NCBI GenBank assembly: GCA_045578005.1
Contig: JAZNJK010000092.1
Location: 1-39,813, forward strand
Reading direction: 5' to 3'
Source: Eubacteriales bacterium
GTDB taxonomy: Bacteria > Bacillota > Clostridia > Oscillospirales > CAG-272
Length of the DNA stretch: 39,813 nt
The translations under genes and the position numbers were made by a program. The notes under the pieces were generated by a model, which worked only from the letters and a program-made list of their open reading frames with translations, did not search any database and was not told the DNA's origin. This document shows positions 8,805 to 17,845 of the stretch, piece by piece. How positions within the stretch are numbered: position 1 is the first letter of the stretch; the number at the start of each line of letters is the position of its first letter.

Positions 8805-9635
8805 ATGAACAAAAAGGGCATAATTCAAAAAGCAATGGCTGCTCCCCATGTGGTATGGGCGGTATTGTTTATAATTGCACCGCTTCTTTTTGTAGTGTAT
8901 TACGCCTTTACTGATAAAGAAGGCAATTTTACATTTTCAAATGTTTCTGAACTTGCACAGGCAAGTTATCTTGAAATCTTTTTGAGAAGTGTATGTTTTG
9001 CTTTCTTGGCGACGGTTTTATGCTTGATCATTGCATATCCGATTGCATATTTTATGACCAAGACAAGCCCTAAGACTCAAAAAATTCTTATTATGCTTGT
9101 TATGCTTCCTCAATGGTTGAATTTCCTTATTAGAACTTACTCTTGGATGGCAATTCTTGAGGATACTGGTATCATAAATAGCATTCTTGATGCAATTGGC
9201 ATAGGACCGATACATATGATAAATACATCAGGTGCGGTAATCCTTGGAATGGTATACAATTACCTTCCTTACATGATAATTCCACTTCACTCGGTTATGA
9301 GCAAGATTGACACAAGACTTCTTGAAGCGGCATCTGACCTTGGTTGCAGTCCGTTTAAGGTATTGACAAGTGTCGTTGTTCCATTAAGTATTTCGGGAAT
9401 TATTTCCGGTGTTACAATGGTATTTGTGCCGTCAATTAGCACATTCTATATTTCTCAAAAACTTGGTGGTGGAAACTTCGATCTCATAGGAGATACGATA
9501 GAAAGACAGTTCCAAACTGCATATAACTATAACCTCGGTGCTGCTATGTCGCTTGTGCTTATGATAATTATCATGATAAGCATGGCAATAATGAATAAGT
9601 ATTCAGGCGAGGATGACGGAGGTGTAGTGGTATGA
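8805..9635 (+). CDS. potB: Spermidine/putrescine ABC transporter permease
   Basis: The ATG at 8805 is preceded by GAGGAGGAAG. The longer ORF from 8733 would overlap potA by 68 nt and has no SD. EAA loop EAASDLGCSPFKVLTSVVVP. Confidence 0.9.
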   Translation: MNKKGIIQKAMAAPHVVWAVLFIIAPLLFVVYYAFTDKEGNFTFSNVSELAQASYLEIFLRSVCFAFLATVLCLIIAYPIAYFMTKTSPKTQKILIMLVMLPQWLNFLIRTYSWMAILEDTGIINSILDAIGIGPIHMINTSGAVILGMVYNYLPYMIIPLHSVMSKIDTRLLEAASDLGCSPFKVLTSVVVPLSISGIISGVTMVFVPSISTFYISQKLGGGNFDLIGDTIERQFQTAYNYNLGAAMSLVLMIIIMISMAIMNKYSGEDDGGVVV

Positions 9636-11863
9636 GAAAGAAAACTTTTGGAAACATTTACACCATTTTATGCTTTATCTTTCTTTATATGCCAATTGCG
9701 GTGCTTATTTTGTATTCCTTCAACTCATCAAATAGCACAAGCGGATTTGAAGGATTTTCCCTCAAATGGTATAGAGAATTATTTAGCGATTCGGCAACAC
9801 TTAATGCGCTTAAAAACACACTTATTCTTGCGATTTTGTCTTCCGTTATAGCGACTTTGATAGGAACAATGGCGGCATATGGTGTGTTTAAGATGAAAAA
9901 CAAATATCTTAAAAGCGGAACGATGTCTGTTACAAAAATACCGATGATGAACCCTGAAATCGTCACAGGTATTTCTATGATGCTGTTGTTTGTATTTGTT
10001 GGAGTTTTGGTAGGACAAAAGGCAAGTCTTGGTTTTGGCACAGTGTTAATTGCGCATATAACCTTTAATTTGCCATACGTAATCCTTTCTGTTTTGCCTA
10101 AGTTTAAGCAAATGGATAAGAGCCTTCCCGAAGCAGCGCTTGACCTTGGTTGCACCCCTGTTCAATCATTTTTCAAGGTTGAACTTCCTCAAATTATGCC
10201 CGGCATAATTTCGGGATTGATTATGGCTTTTACTTTGTCACTCGATGACTTTGTAATCAGTTATTTTACAATAGGTAGTGGATTTGAAACGCTTCCTATT
10301 AGAATTTATTCAATGACGAAAAAACGCGTAACTCCTGATATGTATGCGCTTTCGACATTGATATTTGTATCGATACTTGTATTGCTTGTTGTTTCTAATC
10401 TTGTTTCGGATAAAAACCGAGATAAGATGAGCAAAAAGGCTAAAAAGATAACCAAAATCGTTGTTAGTTCGGTTTTTGGCGCAATCGCTTTGATTACTCT
10501 TATTGTATTCATTTCTACGGCAGGAACAAAAACTGTTCAACTCAATGTTTATAACTGGGGAGAATACATTTCCGACGGCAGCGAGGATTCATACGATTCG
10601 AATGCTGAGTTTGAAAAGTATTACGAGCGACTGCATTATGAAAAATACGGAGAAAAAATAAAAGTTCAGGTAAATTATACTACATTTGCAAGCAACGAAG
10701 ACCTTTATGCAAAGTTAAAGAGCGGTGCGAGTGGATACGATGTAATCGTTCCGTCCGATTATATGATTGAACGCTTAAAAGCGGACGGACTGTTGTTACC
10801 GCTAAATCTTGACAACATTCCTAACTATGAGAACCTTGGTGATCAGTTTAAAAATCCATTCTATGACAATGATCCAAACGAAAAATATTCCGTAATGTAT
10901 ACCTATGGAATAATCGGTATTATTTATAATAAAGATAAAATGGATCCTGCCGATCTTGAAAAAATAGAAAATGGTGAAGCTGGATGGGAACTCCTTTGGG
11001 ATGAAAAGTATGCAGGTCAAATCTTGCAGTTTAACAATGCGCGTGACGCTTTTGGAACGGCAATGTATGCTCTTGGAATTGATGTTAATAATGCAACTCC
11101 TGAAGAATGGAAAATGGCATTTGAAAAATTAAAGGCTCAAAAGCCACTTGTTCAAAGTTATGTTATGGATGAAATCTATAACAAAATGGAAGGTGGAGAG
11201 GCAACACTCGCTGCATATTACGCAGGCGACTGTCTATCAATGATCGTAAATAATGAATCACTTGGATTCTTCTATCCAAAGAATGAAAATGGCGAATATG
11301 TAACTAATATATATGCCGACGCTATGTGCATTCCTGTTGGTGCGGAAAACAAGGAACTTGCGGAAATCTATATTGATTTTATGCTTAGTGAAGAGCACGA
11401 GGCTGCAAGGGCGAATGCGGAGTTTATTTATTACGCATCTCCAAACACGACAGTTGTTTCAAATCCTGATTATATTGATTATCTTGGCGAGGATTACGAA
11501 CTCATTTACGATCCTAATTTCGATTCTCTATATGGCGACGGCTCTCAAACATATCTTGAATATATGTTTAATACATATGCTTATAGAGATATGAATGACG
11601 AAAACAGGGCAACTCTAAATCGTCTTTGGGAAGAGTTGAAAGTGGATTCAACATCGTTTAATGGCGGAATTTATATTATTTGCATCGTAATTGCACTCTT
11701 AATAGTCGCTTTTGGTATTTACAAATATATTCAAAAGAGACAAAGAAGAAGACTTTATTGGAAAAATCCAATAGTAAAAAAGCAATCATTCGAGTTCACA
11801 TCAACGATGTCTAAAATATCTATTCCTTCCGAATTAAAAGAAAAGAATGATGAACAAAAATAA
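9632..11863 (+). CDS. potCD: Fusion protein: PotC-type permease (aa 1 to about 262), TM linker, PotD-type periplasmic-binding domain, C-terminal TM helix and basic cytoplasmic tail
   Basis: Single 743-aa ORF, with ATGA overlap to potB. EAA loop EAALDLGCTPVQSFFKVELP. Linker helix ITKIVVSSVFGAIALITLIVFIS. The SBP region starts LNVYNWGEYI and is colinear with E. coli PotD (LYFYNWTEYV...VVPS.Y). Last TM GGIYIICIVIALLIVAFGIYKYI, then QKRQRRR. Confidence 0.85.
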   Translation: MRKKTFGNIYTILCFIFLYMPIAVLILYSFNSSNSTSGFEGFSLKWYRELFSDSATLNALKNTLILAILSSVIATLIGTMAAYGVFKMKNKYLKSGTMSVTKIPMMNPEIVTGISMMLLFVFVGVLVGQKASLGFGTVLIAHITFNLPYVILSVLPKFKQMDKSLPEAALDLGCTPVQSFFKVELPQIMPGIISGLIMAFTLSLDDFVISYFTIGSGFETLPIRIYSMTKKRVTPDMYALSTLIFVSILVLLVVSNLVSDKNRDKMSKKAKKITKIVVSSVFGAIALITLIVFISTAGTKTVQLNVYNWGEYISDGSEDSYDSNAEFEKYYERLHYEKYGEKIKVQVNYTTFASNEDLYAKLKSGASGYDVIVPSDYMIERLKADGLLLPLNLDNIPNYENLGDQFKNPFYDNDPNEKYSVMYTYGIIGIIYNKDKMDPADLEKIENGEAGWELLWDEKYAGQILQFNNARDAFGTAMYALGIDVNNATPEEWKMAFEKLKAQKPLVQSYVMDEIYNKMEGGEATLAAYYAGDCLSMIVNNESLGFFYPKNENGEYVTNIYADAMCIPVGAENKELAEIYIDFMLSEEHEAARANAEFIYYASPNTTVVSNPDYIDYLGEDYELIYDPNFDSLYGDGSQTYLEYMFNTYAYRDMNDENRATLNRLWEELKVDSTSFNGGIYIICIVIALLIVAFGIYKYIQKRQRRRLYWKNPIVKKQSFEFTSTMSKISIPSELKEKNDEQK

Positions 11864-11893
11864 AAAATACGCTCCGCAATGGAGCGTATTTTT
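11863..11893. terminator. Bidirectional terminator between potCD and the convergent PP-loop ATPase gene
   Basis: AAAAATACGCTCC-gcaat-GGAGCGTATTTTT, with A-run and T-run flanks on both sides. Confidence 0.8.
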
Positions 11894-12678
11894 TATTCTA
11901 TGTCGGTGTTATTTTGCTTTCTTCGTTTTTTCTCATCTTGGTCGATAAAATCGGGATGAAATCCATCAACTTCACCACGCTGTATTGCTCCCATAATTCT
12001 ATGATATAAACCGCTATGCTCACGCTCGAAAGGTTCTAAAAAGGCCTTCATTTTGGCTCTCTCAGTATGACCGTCGGCAGGACAGGGCGCTTTATATATA
12101 GGTAAGTTTTCATTTGTTGCAAATGCTTTTATTTCGCTTTCGTGAGTGTAGATAAGCGGACGAATCATCGTAATATCTTTTATTGATAAATAGGTGACGG
12201 GACGAAAACAACCGATTCTACCTTCAAAGAATAAATTTAGCATAAATGTTTCTACAACATCGTCAAAGTGGTGGCCAAGTGCAATTTTGTTGCAACCGAA
12301 CTCTTTAGATGCGTCGTGTAATGCACCGCGCCTCATTCTTGCACATAGAGAACAAGGACTTTTTTCTTTTCGGACATTGAAAATTATTTCATATATTTGA
12401 GTGGGGACAACATGGTATTCAACATCAAGTTCAGCACACAATTTTGCTATTTGAGAAAAATCGGAATCCTTGAAGCCCATATCAATAGTAATTGCTACAA
12501 GGTCAAATTTTTGTTTCAAGAATATTCGCATTCTTGCAAGCGCGCATAAAAGAGTAAGAGAATCTTTACCACCGGAAATTCCAACGGCAATTCTATCGCC
12601 ATCTTGTATCATATCGTATTCTTCGACAGCCTTTCTTGTGTGGCTTAATATTCTTTGAATATTTTTAAATTCTTTCAT
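11893..12678 (-). CDS. ttcA: PP-loop ATPase, TtcA-family tRNA 2-thiocytidine synthetase-like
   Basis: 261 aa. PP-loop SGGKDS and Fe-S cysteine motif CSLCARMRRG, plus a later PCPADGH. Family-level call only. Confidence 0.7.
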   Translation of the reverse strand: MKEFKNIQRILSHTRKAVEEYDMIQDGDRIAVGISGGKDSLTLLCALARMRIFLKQKFDLVAITIDMGFKDSDFSQIAKLCAELDVEYHVVPTQIYEIIFNVRKEKSPCSLCARMRRGALHDASKEFGCNKIALGHHFDDVVETFMLNLFFEGRIGCFRPVTYLSIKDITMIRPLIYTHESEIKAFATNENLPIYKAPCPADGHTERAKMKAFLEPFEREHSGLYHRIMGAIQRGEVDGFHPDFIDQDEKKRRKQNNTDIE

Positions 12679-12736
12679 ATAGTAACCTCTTTTATGATAA
12701 ATGAATAAAATGAAATCAGGAATGAAGGGGGATAAT

Positions 12737-13300
12737 ATGGCAATAAAAATTTACATTGATCAAGGACATAATCCAAGAAGCCCGAATACAGGCGCGGAGG
12801 GAAATGGATTTGCCGAGCAAGACATAACTTATGAAGTAGGACAAAGACTTGCAACTTTGTTGGGTAATAATGGGAATTTTGAAGTTAGAGTTTCGCGTCC
12901 TACCGAAAACACACAACTCGGAACATCAAATGCATCAAGTTTACAGGCAAGAGTAAATGGCGCGAATAGTTGGGGTGCGGATTATTTTATAAGCATTCAT
13001 ACAAATGCTTCTTCATCAGTATCGGCAAGCGGAAGCGAGGCGCTTGTTTATAATGTCCCGTCAATAGCCGAAGAACTTGGAGAGGATATATTAGTTGGTC
13101 TTAATAATTCCACGGGATTGAGAAATCGAGGAATTAAAGTTCGCCCTGGACTTTATGTGTTAAGAAAAACGAATATGCCTGCGGTGCTTATTGAAATAGG
13201 ATTTATTTCTAATCCCGGTGATGCAAGTTTGATGGCGAACAATCCGGAACTTTTCGCAAGGGGAATATATGATGGTATTTTGCGGTTTTTAAATCTATAA
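12737..13300 (+). CDS. N-acetylmuramoyl-L-alanine amidase (Amidase_3 catalytic domain only)
   Basis: ATG at 12737 behind AAGGGGGA. IYIDQGHNP...GAEG..E, SIHTNA, EIGFISN and a typical Amidase_3 layout. No signal peptide and no wall-binding repeats. Confidence 0.8.
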   Translation: MAIKIYIDQGHNPRSPNTGAEGNGFAEQDITYEVGQRLATLLGNNGNFEVRVSRPTENTQLGTSNASSLQARVNGANSWGADYFISIHTNASSSVSASGSEALVYNVPSIAEELGEDILVGLNNSTGLRNRGIKVRPGLYVLRKTNMPAVLIEIGFISNPGDASLMANNPELFARGIYDGILRFLNL

Positions 13301-13432
13301 CATTCAACATATTCTATCATAAAATAACGAACAAATCAACAATATTTTTTCGTTACAGGCAATTTTTGTAAAAATAAAAGCAAATGAATATAATATTCAA
13401 AAAATCTCATAATTAGATTGAGAGGTGATGAA

Positions 13433-13864
13433 ATGAAAACAGATACTGTCAATCTATTAATGGAATGTAATGCGGGTATCAAAATGGGTGTTTCTTCAAT
13501 TGAGCGAGTGTTACCATATGTAAAGGACGAACGCTTAAAAAGAACGCTTACGGCATCAAAGAATGAACATGCGGTTTTAGGTGATGAAACTCATAAGTTA
13601 CTATTGAAACACAAAGCCGATACAAAAGAACCGCATATTATGGCAAGAATGATGAGTGATATGAAAATCCGCGGTAAAATGATGATGAGCGGAAGCGACA
13701 AAACAGTTGCTGATGTTATGACCGACGGCTGTAATATGGGTGTCAAATCGTTATCAAAGTATCTTAATGAATATAGCGGTGCGGATATGAGTTCTCGCAG
13801 TGTTGTGCATAGACTTATCAATGTCGAACAGGCATTAAACGATCAAATAAGGCAATATTTATAA
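13433..13864 (+). CDS. Hypothetical protein, predicted helical, with a Met-rich central segment
   Basis: ATG at 13433 with GAGAGG 7 nt upstream. 143 aa. I recognise no firm motif. MARMMSDMKIRGKMMMSGSDK lies in the middle. Confidence 0.5.
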   Translation: MKTDTVNLLMECNAGIKMGVSSIERVLPYVKDERLKRTLTASKNEHAVLGDETHKLLLKHKADTKEPHIMARMMSDMKIRGKMMMSGSDKTVADVMTDGCNMGVKSLSKYLNEYSGADMSSRSVVHRLINVEQALNDQIRQYL

Positions 13865-13867
13865 AAG

Positions 13868-13893
13868 AAACGGGATGCAAAGCATCCCGTTTT
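13868..13893. terminator. Bidirectional terminator between convergent genes
   Basis: AAACGGGATGC-aaa-GCATCCCGTTT with a T-run. It lies between the stops at 13864 (+) and 13898 (-). Confidence 0.75.
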
Positions 13894-13897
13894 AGTT

Positions 13898-14623
13898 TCA
13901 TTTGTAGAATTTAAGTATTAGACCGACAGGAATGATTTTTGATGCCAAACGAACTGCTTTTATTGAAAAAGTAGGAGAATAAACTTTCTTTTTCTTTTTT
14001 GATGCTTTTAAAGAACCGATAGCCACTTTACTTGCGGAAATCAAGTGTTTCTTTTTATATTCTTTTACATTTTCAAGTCCTGAAAAGAAGTCGGTATCAA
14101 CAGGACCGGGGCAAACCGCAGTTACATATATTTTCTTTTTTGAGAGTTCTTTTCCTATTGCTCGTGAAAGATTAATTACAAATGATTTTGATGCGGAATA
14201 AACTGAGAATCCAGGTTGTGGCAAGAAACCCGCACCCGACGCGATTTCGATAATTCTTCCATTTTCACTCATATATGGAATAGCGATACGATTAAGCACG
14301 GCAAGAGAAGAACAGTTTACAGAAATGGTTTTTTCAATTTGATCAAGTGTCAAAACTTCCAAATCTCCGTTATATCCAACTCCTGCTGAACATACGAGGT
14401 ATTTTATGTTTGGCTTTTCATTTTTTAGTGCTTCTTCGATTGATAAAAGTGGAGAGTGCTTACTAAGGTCGGTATGGAAAATTTTAGCGCTTGTTTTAAA
14501 CTCGTATGATGGTGTGTTTTTGCCACAAATTAACCATAATTCATCAAGACCATAAGAGTCGAGAAGTTTGGCAATTTCGAGTCCAATTCCACGGGAAGCA
14601 CCGCTAATTAACGCTATATTCAA
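13898..14623 (-). CDS. Short-chain dehydrogenase/reductase (SDR) family oxidoreductase
   Basis: I chose the TTG start at 14623 because it has AGGGGG 7-8 nt upstream and gives the usual N-terminal (M)NIALISGASRGIG. Catalytic YSASK. The ATG at 14683 has no SD. Confidence 0.85.
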   Translation of the reverse strand: MNIALISGASRGIGLEIAKLLDSYGLDELWLICGKNTPSYEFKTSAKIFHTDLSKHSPLLSIEEALKNEKPNIKYLVCSAGVGYNGDLEVLTLDQIEKTISVNCSSLAVLNRIAIPYMSENGRIIEIASGAGFLPQPGFSVYSASKSFVINLSRAIGKELSKKKIYVTAVCPGPVDTDFFSGLENVKEYKKKHLISASKVAIGSLKASKKKKKVYSPTFSIKAVRLASKIIPVGLILKFYK

Positions 14624-14751
14624 AAAAACACCCCCTGAATTTCTAATATATATTATTTTATCATTAAAAAAGACACAGGTCAAGTATATTTTTCTTGAAT
14701 TTACTCAAATAGTGTGATAAAATAGATTTAATAATAGCGTTAGGGGGAAAT

Positions 14752-15339
14752 ATGGACGAGTTTTTGAATGACGGACCGAGTATTAAAGACTATGTTTTGG
14801 CGGATGAAAAACTTTTGTGGACAGGAAAACCTGTTAAGAAAATAAAACTTTTACCATCGGAAAAGATAGTCATGATTTTTGGCGCATTTTGGACGGTGTT
14901 TTCCGCTTTTTGGATTACAATGGCATACGTTGGAGCAACTGATACGGAAAACGATTCTATGGCGAATATATTACCATTTTTTGGATTACCATTTTTGCTT
15001 GTGGGATTATATCTTATGATAATATCACCTATAAGAGCGAAAATAAAGCATAAAAGTTTGGAATATGCTCTGACAACTAAAAGAGTTATGATTTTTTATA
15101 ATGGTAAGCGCCAAATGCTTATAACCTTCAAATACAACGAAATACATAATATAAGTTTTGGTTGCGATGAGGAAGGGGTTGGAGTTGTTACCTTTTTAAG
15201 TGTATTTAATACAAGCGTTAGAGGGGACAAACTCAAAATTAGAAGCCGTCGCACCGCTGAAACGGTTTATGGTTTTTATAATATTGATAATGTGAAAAAA
15301 GTATATAGAATTTTTTGCGAACGAATAGGAGAAAAATAA
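14752..15339 (+). CDS. Membrane protein with two TM helices followed by a bacterial PH-like (YdbS/DUF304-type) domain
   Basis: SD AGGGGGA. LLWTGKP, then two hydrophobic helices, then EYALTTKRVMIFYNGKRQMLITFKYNEIHNISF. This order is typical of bPH_2 proteins. Confidence 0.6.
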   Translation: MDEFLNDGPSIKDYVLADEKLLWTGKPVKKIKLLPSEKIVMIFGAFWTVFSAFWITMAYVGATDTENDSMANILPFFGLPFLLVGLYLMIISPIRAKIKHKSLEYALTTKRVMIFYNGKRQMLITFKYNEIHNISFGCDEEGVGVVTFLSVFNTSVRGDKLKIRSRRTAETVYGFYNIDNVKKVYRIFCERIGEK

Positions 15340-15341
15340 CA

Positions 15342-17273
15342 ATGAAATGCGTGCATCTTGATTTTCACACAAGCCCGTTTATTGAAAAAATAGGCGAAGA
15401 ATTTAACAAAGAGGAGTTTACTAAAACTCTAAAAGAATCAAAGGTTGATTTGATAACCGTTTTTGCAAAGTGCCATCACGGATACTCTTATTATCCAACA
15501 AAAATAGGCACAGTTCACCCACATCTTAAATTTAACCTTTTGAAAGAGCAAATTGAGGCTATTCACGATGCAGGAGCGAAAGCCCCTATCTATATCACGA
15601 TGGGTTGGAGCGAGAAAGATGCTACTGAGCATCCTGAATGGCATCACCTTGATTTTTGGAATAAGGGTAGACTTACTTTTGGTTTTAATGGCGGAAAGTT
15701 TAACGAGCCTGATGACACACCTCTTAGCGATTGCTCTTGGATAACACTTTGTCCTGTTGGGCCTTATAAAAAATATCTCGAAGACATAACAAGAGAAGTT
15801 TGCGAACAGTTTGCCCCATCTGATGGAATTTTCTATGACATTTGCTTTATGAGAGACGCATGTGCTTGCGATAGTTGTAGAGCGGGAATGAAAGAAATGG
15901 GGCTTGATCCTGACAATTATGAGGATGCAAGAAAATATTATAGAATTAAGCGTATTGAACTTATGAAGGACCTTACCGGAATTGTTCACGAATATGCAAA
16001 AGATGCGCCTGTATTTTATAATGGTGGTGCTGATATGAACCGTCCTGAGTATGCGCCGTATCAAACCCATTATGAACTTGAAGATTTGCCAACTGCTTGG
16101 GGTGGATACGACCTTATGCCTCTTCGTGCTAAGTATTTTGAAAAATTTGGAAAAATTTTCTGGGGTATGACAGGAAAGTTCCATCATGCTTGGGGCGAAT
16201 TTGGTGGATTTAAAAATAAAGACGCACTCAAATACGAGTGTGCGGATATGGTAAGTATAGGTGCTTCTATGTCTGTTGGAGACCAACTTCACCCTTGCGG
16301 AAAACTTGATGAAAGCACATACGCAGTTATCGGACACGTCTTTGATTATGTAAGCAAAATTGAAAAGTATTCTGAAAATACTAAGGCATACACTGATATT
16401 GCACTTTGGATGAGCCATTCAAATGCTTCGGATATGGGATGCTCTAAAATGCTACAAATAATGCATTTGGACTTTGATGTTGTTGAGAGTGGAGAGGATA
16501 TTTCAAAATATCAATGTGTTGTTCTTCCTGATAATGTAAAATTCACAAATGATGATAAAAAGCGTATAATAGATTTTGTAGGCAATGGTGGAAAGATAAT
16601 CGCAAGCGGAAAGAGTATTTTTGATGAACTCGGAATTGTGTTAAAGGGTCATTCAGGTTCTGATAAGGACTTTATCTCTTGCGAAATTGATGAGATAAAA
16701 ACACCGTTTTTGAGTTATTCGAGTGCATATGTTGTAGAAAGCGACGGAGAAGTCTTGGCCCGTGTGCATGAGCCGTATTTTAATAGAACATACGGTCATT
16801 ATTGTAGCCATAAAAACACTCCGTTCAAGCTTGAGCCGGCTGATTATCCGGCGCTAATCAAAAAAGGAAATGTTTTATACTTTGCACATCCCGTTTTTGA
16901 AGCGTACGACCAGTCAGGAAGCTATGTGCTTGAAAGATATATCAAAAAAGCATTTGATACAATTTATGACAGATATATAAAAACCGAAAATCTTCCGTCC
17001 TGCGGTAGAGTAAGACTCAGAAGAAGCGAAAGCGATAATTTCTTTGCACTTCATGTTCTTTACGCACCGCCTGTAAATCGTGGAAATGTTTGCTTGCTTG
17101 AGGATTTTCCAACTCTGCATAATGTTAAATTCGCTCTCAATCTTGACAAAAAAATTAAGTCTATAAGACTTGAACCAAGCGGAAATGAGATCGAATTTAA
17201 GCAAAACGGAAACGAGGTTACATTTGAAATTGAAGCGATGAGTTTACATCAGCTTGCAATTTTATCTTGGTGA
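15342..17273 (+). CDS. Cytoplasmic GHL6-like TIM-barrel putative glycoside hydrolase with a beta-galactosidase-trimerisation-like middle domain
   Basis: ATG at 15342 with AGGAG upstream, 2 nt after the preceding stop. The N-terminus MKCVHLDFHTSP...FAKCHHGYSYYPT matches my memory of hypothetical glycosyl hydrolase 6 family proteins. No signal peptide. Confidence 0.6.
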   Translation: MKCVHLDFHTSPFIEKIGEEFNKEEFTKTLKESKVDLITVFAKCHHGYSYYPTKIGTVHPHLKFNLLKEQIEAIHDAGAKAPIYITMGWSEKDATEHPEWHHLDFWNKGRLTFGFNGGKFNEPDDTPLSDCSWITLCPVGPYKKYLEDITREVCEQFAPSDGIFYDICFMRDACACDSCRAGMKEMGLDPDNYEDARKYYRIKRIELMKDLTGIVHEYAKDAPVFYNGGADMNRPEYAPYQTHYELEDLPTAWGGYDLMPLRAKYFEKFGKIFWGMTGKFHHAWGEFGGFKNKDALKYECADMVSIGASMSVGDQLHPCGKLDESTYAVIGHVFDYVSKIEKYSENTKAYTDIALWMSHSNASDMGCSKMLQIMHLDFDVVESGEDISKYQCVVLPDNVKFTNDDKKRIIDFVGNGGKIIASGKSIFDELGIVLKGHSGSDKDFISCEIDEIKTPFLSYSSAYVVESDGEVLARVHEPYFNRTYGHYCSHKNTPFKLEPADYPALIKKGNVLYFAHPVFEAYDQSGSYVLERYIKKAFDTIYDRYIKTENLPSCGRVRLRRSESDNFFALHVLYAPPVNRGNVCLLEDFPTLHNVKFALNLDKKIKSIRLEPSGNEIEFKQNGNEVTFEIEAMSLHQLAILSW

Positions 17274-17288
17274 ATTTCATTTTATCAC

Positions 17289-17317
17289 TTGACTTATATT
17301 GCAAATGGTGGTATAAT
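17289..17317 (+). promoter_or_regulatory. Strong sigma-A type promoter of the lipoprotein gene
   Basis: TTGACT (17289-17294), 17-nt spacer, TATAAT (17312-17317) preceded by TGg. Confidence 0.65.
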
Positions 17318-17347
17318 TAAATTACTTTAATAAAGGAGGAATTCTCA

Positions 17348-17764
17348 ATGAAGACACTTAGAATTGTTGCTTTGGTGCTCGTTCTTGCTATGTCTGTTAT
17401 GATGCTTGCTTCTTGCTCTAAATACAACTCAATTAAGAGCGATTTTGAAGACGCTGGTTACACATTGCAAAACGAAGACAACGAAAAGACAGGAACTGTA
17501 ACGACTGATGATGGTGAACTTACTTACACCATTCATACTTTCCAAAAGGAAGGCGAAGGTTTCTTGGGTGGAATCTCATCCGCTTTGTCAACCGCTATAG
17601 TTTGGGAATTTGAGTCTGATAAAGATCTTGCTAAAGCAATGGCTGAAAATGAAGATATGAAAGATCTTCTTACAAAAGCTCAAGAGTCAGAACTTGTTAA
17701 CGGAAACTGTTTCCTTATGACAATCAATCCTGATGCTATTGAAATTTTCAACCAATCCAAATAA
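17348..17764 (+). CDS. Small acidic lipoprotein of unknown function
   Basis: Signal peptide with lipobox MKTLRIVALVLVLAMSVMMLASC. Strong SD AAAGGAGGA. It has its own promoter and terminator. Confidence 0.75.
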   Translation: MKTLRIVALVLVLAMSVMMLASCSKYNSIKSDFEDAGYTLQNEDNEKTGTVTTDDGELTYTIHTFQKEGEGFLGGISSALSTAIVWEFESDKDLAKAMAENEDMKDLLTKAQESELVNGNCFLMTINPDAIEIFNQSK

Positions 17765-17770
17765 TTAATA

Positions 17771-17799
17771 AAAACGAGAAGGATTTCCTTCTCGTTTTT
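17771..17799 (+). terminator. Terminator of the lipoprotein gene
   Basis: CGAGAAGG-attt-CCTTCTCG followed by TTTTT. Confidence 0.8.
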
Positions 17800-17808
17800 A
17801 ATTTGTGC

Positions 17809-17839
17809 AAAACAAAAGCACTGCGATTGCAGTGCTTTT
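17809..17839 (-). terminator. Terminator of the VTC/DUF4956 operon
   Basis: AAAAGCACTGC-gatt-GCAGTGCTTTT. On the minus strand it is followed by TTTTGTTTT, just downstream of the stop at 17846. Confidence 0.8.
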
Positions 17840-17845
17840 ATTGTT

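Noticed and set aside
9685-10155. 156-aa antisense ORF inside the potC part of potCD. Similar antisense ORFs occur in metH (3144-3494, 3963-4331).
   Set aside because: They are embedded opposite strongly supported CDSs, with no SD and no recognisable domains. These are typical shadow ORFs.
15438-16418. 326-aa ORF on the minus strand. That is strikingly long for an antisense frame in AT-rich DNA.
   Set aside because: It is fully embedded antisense to the well-supported GHL6-like CDS. It has no SD at its start, and its composition (rich in C, I, F, K, R, S, with no recognisable motifs) looks like a shadow frame kept open by the sense-strand codon pattern. Only ribosome profiling or proteomics would revive it.
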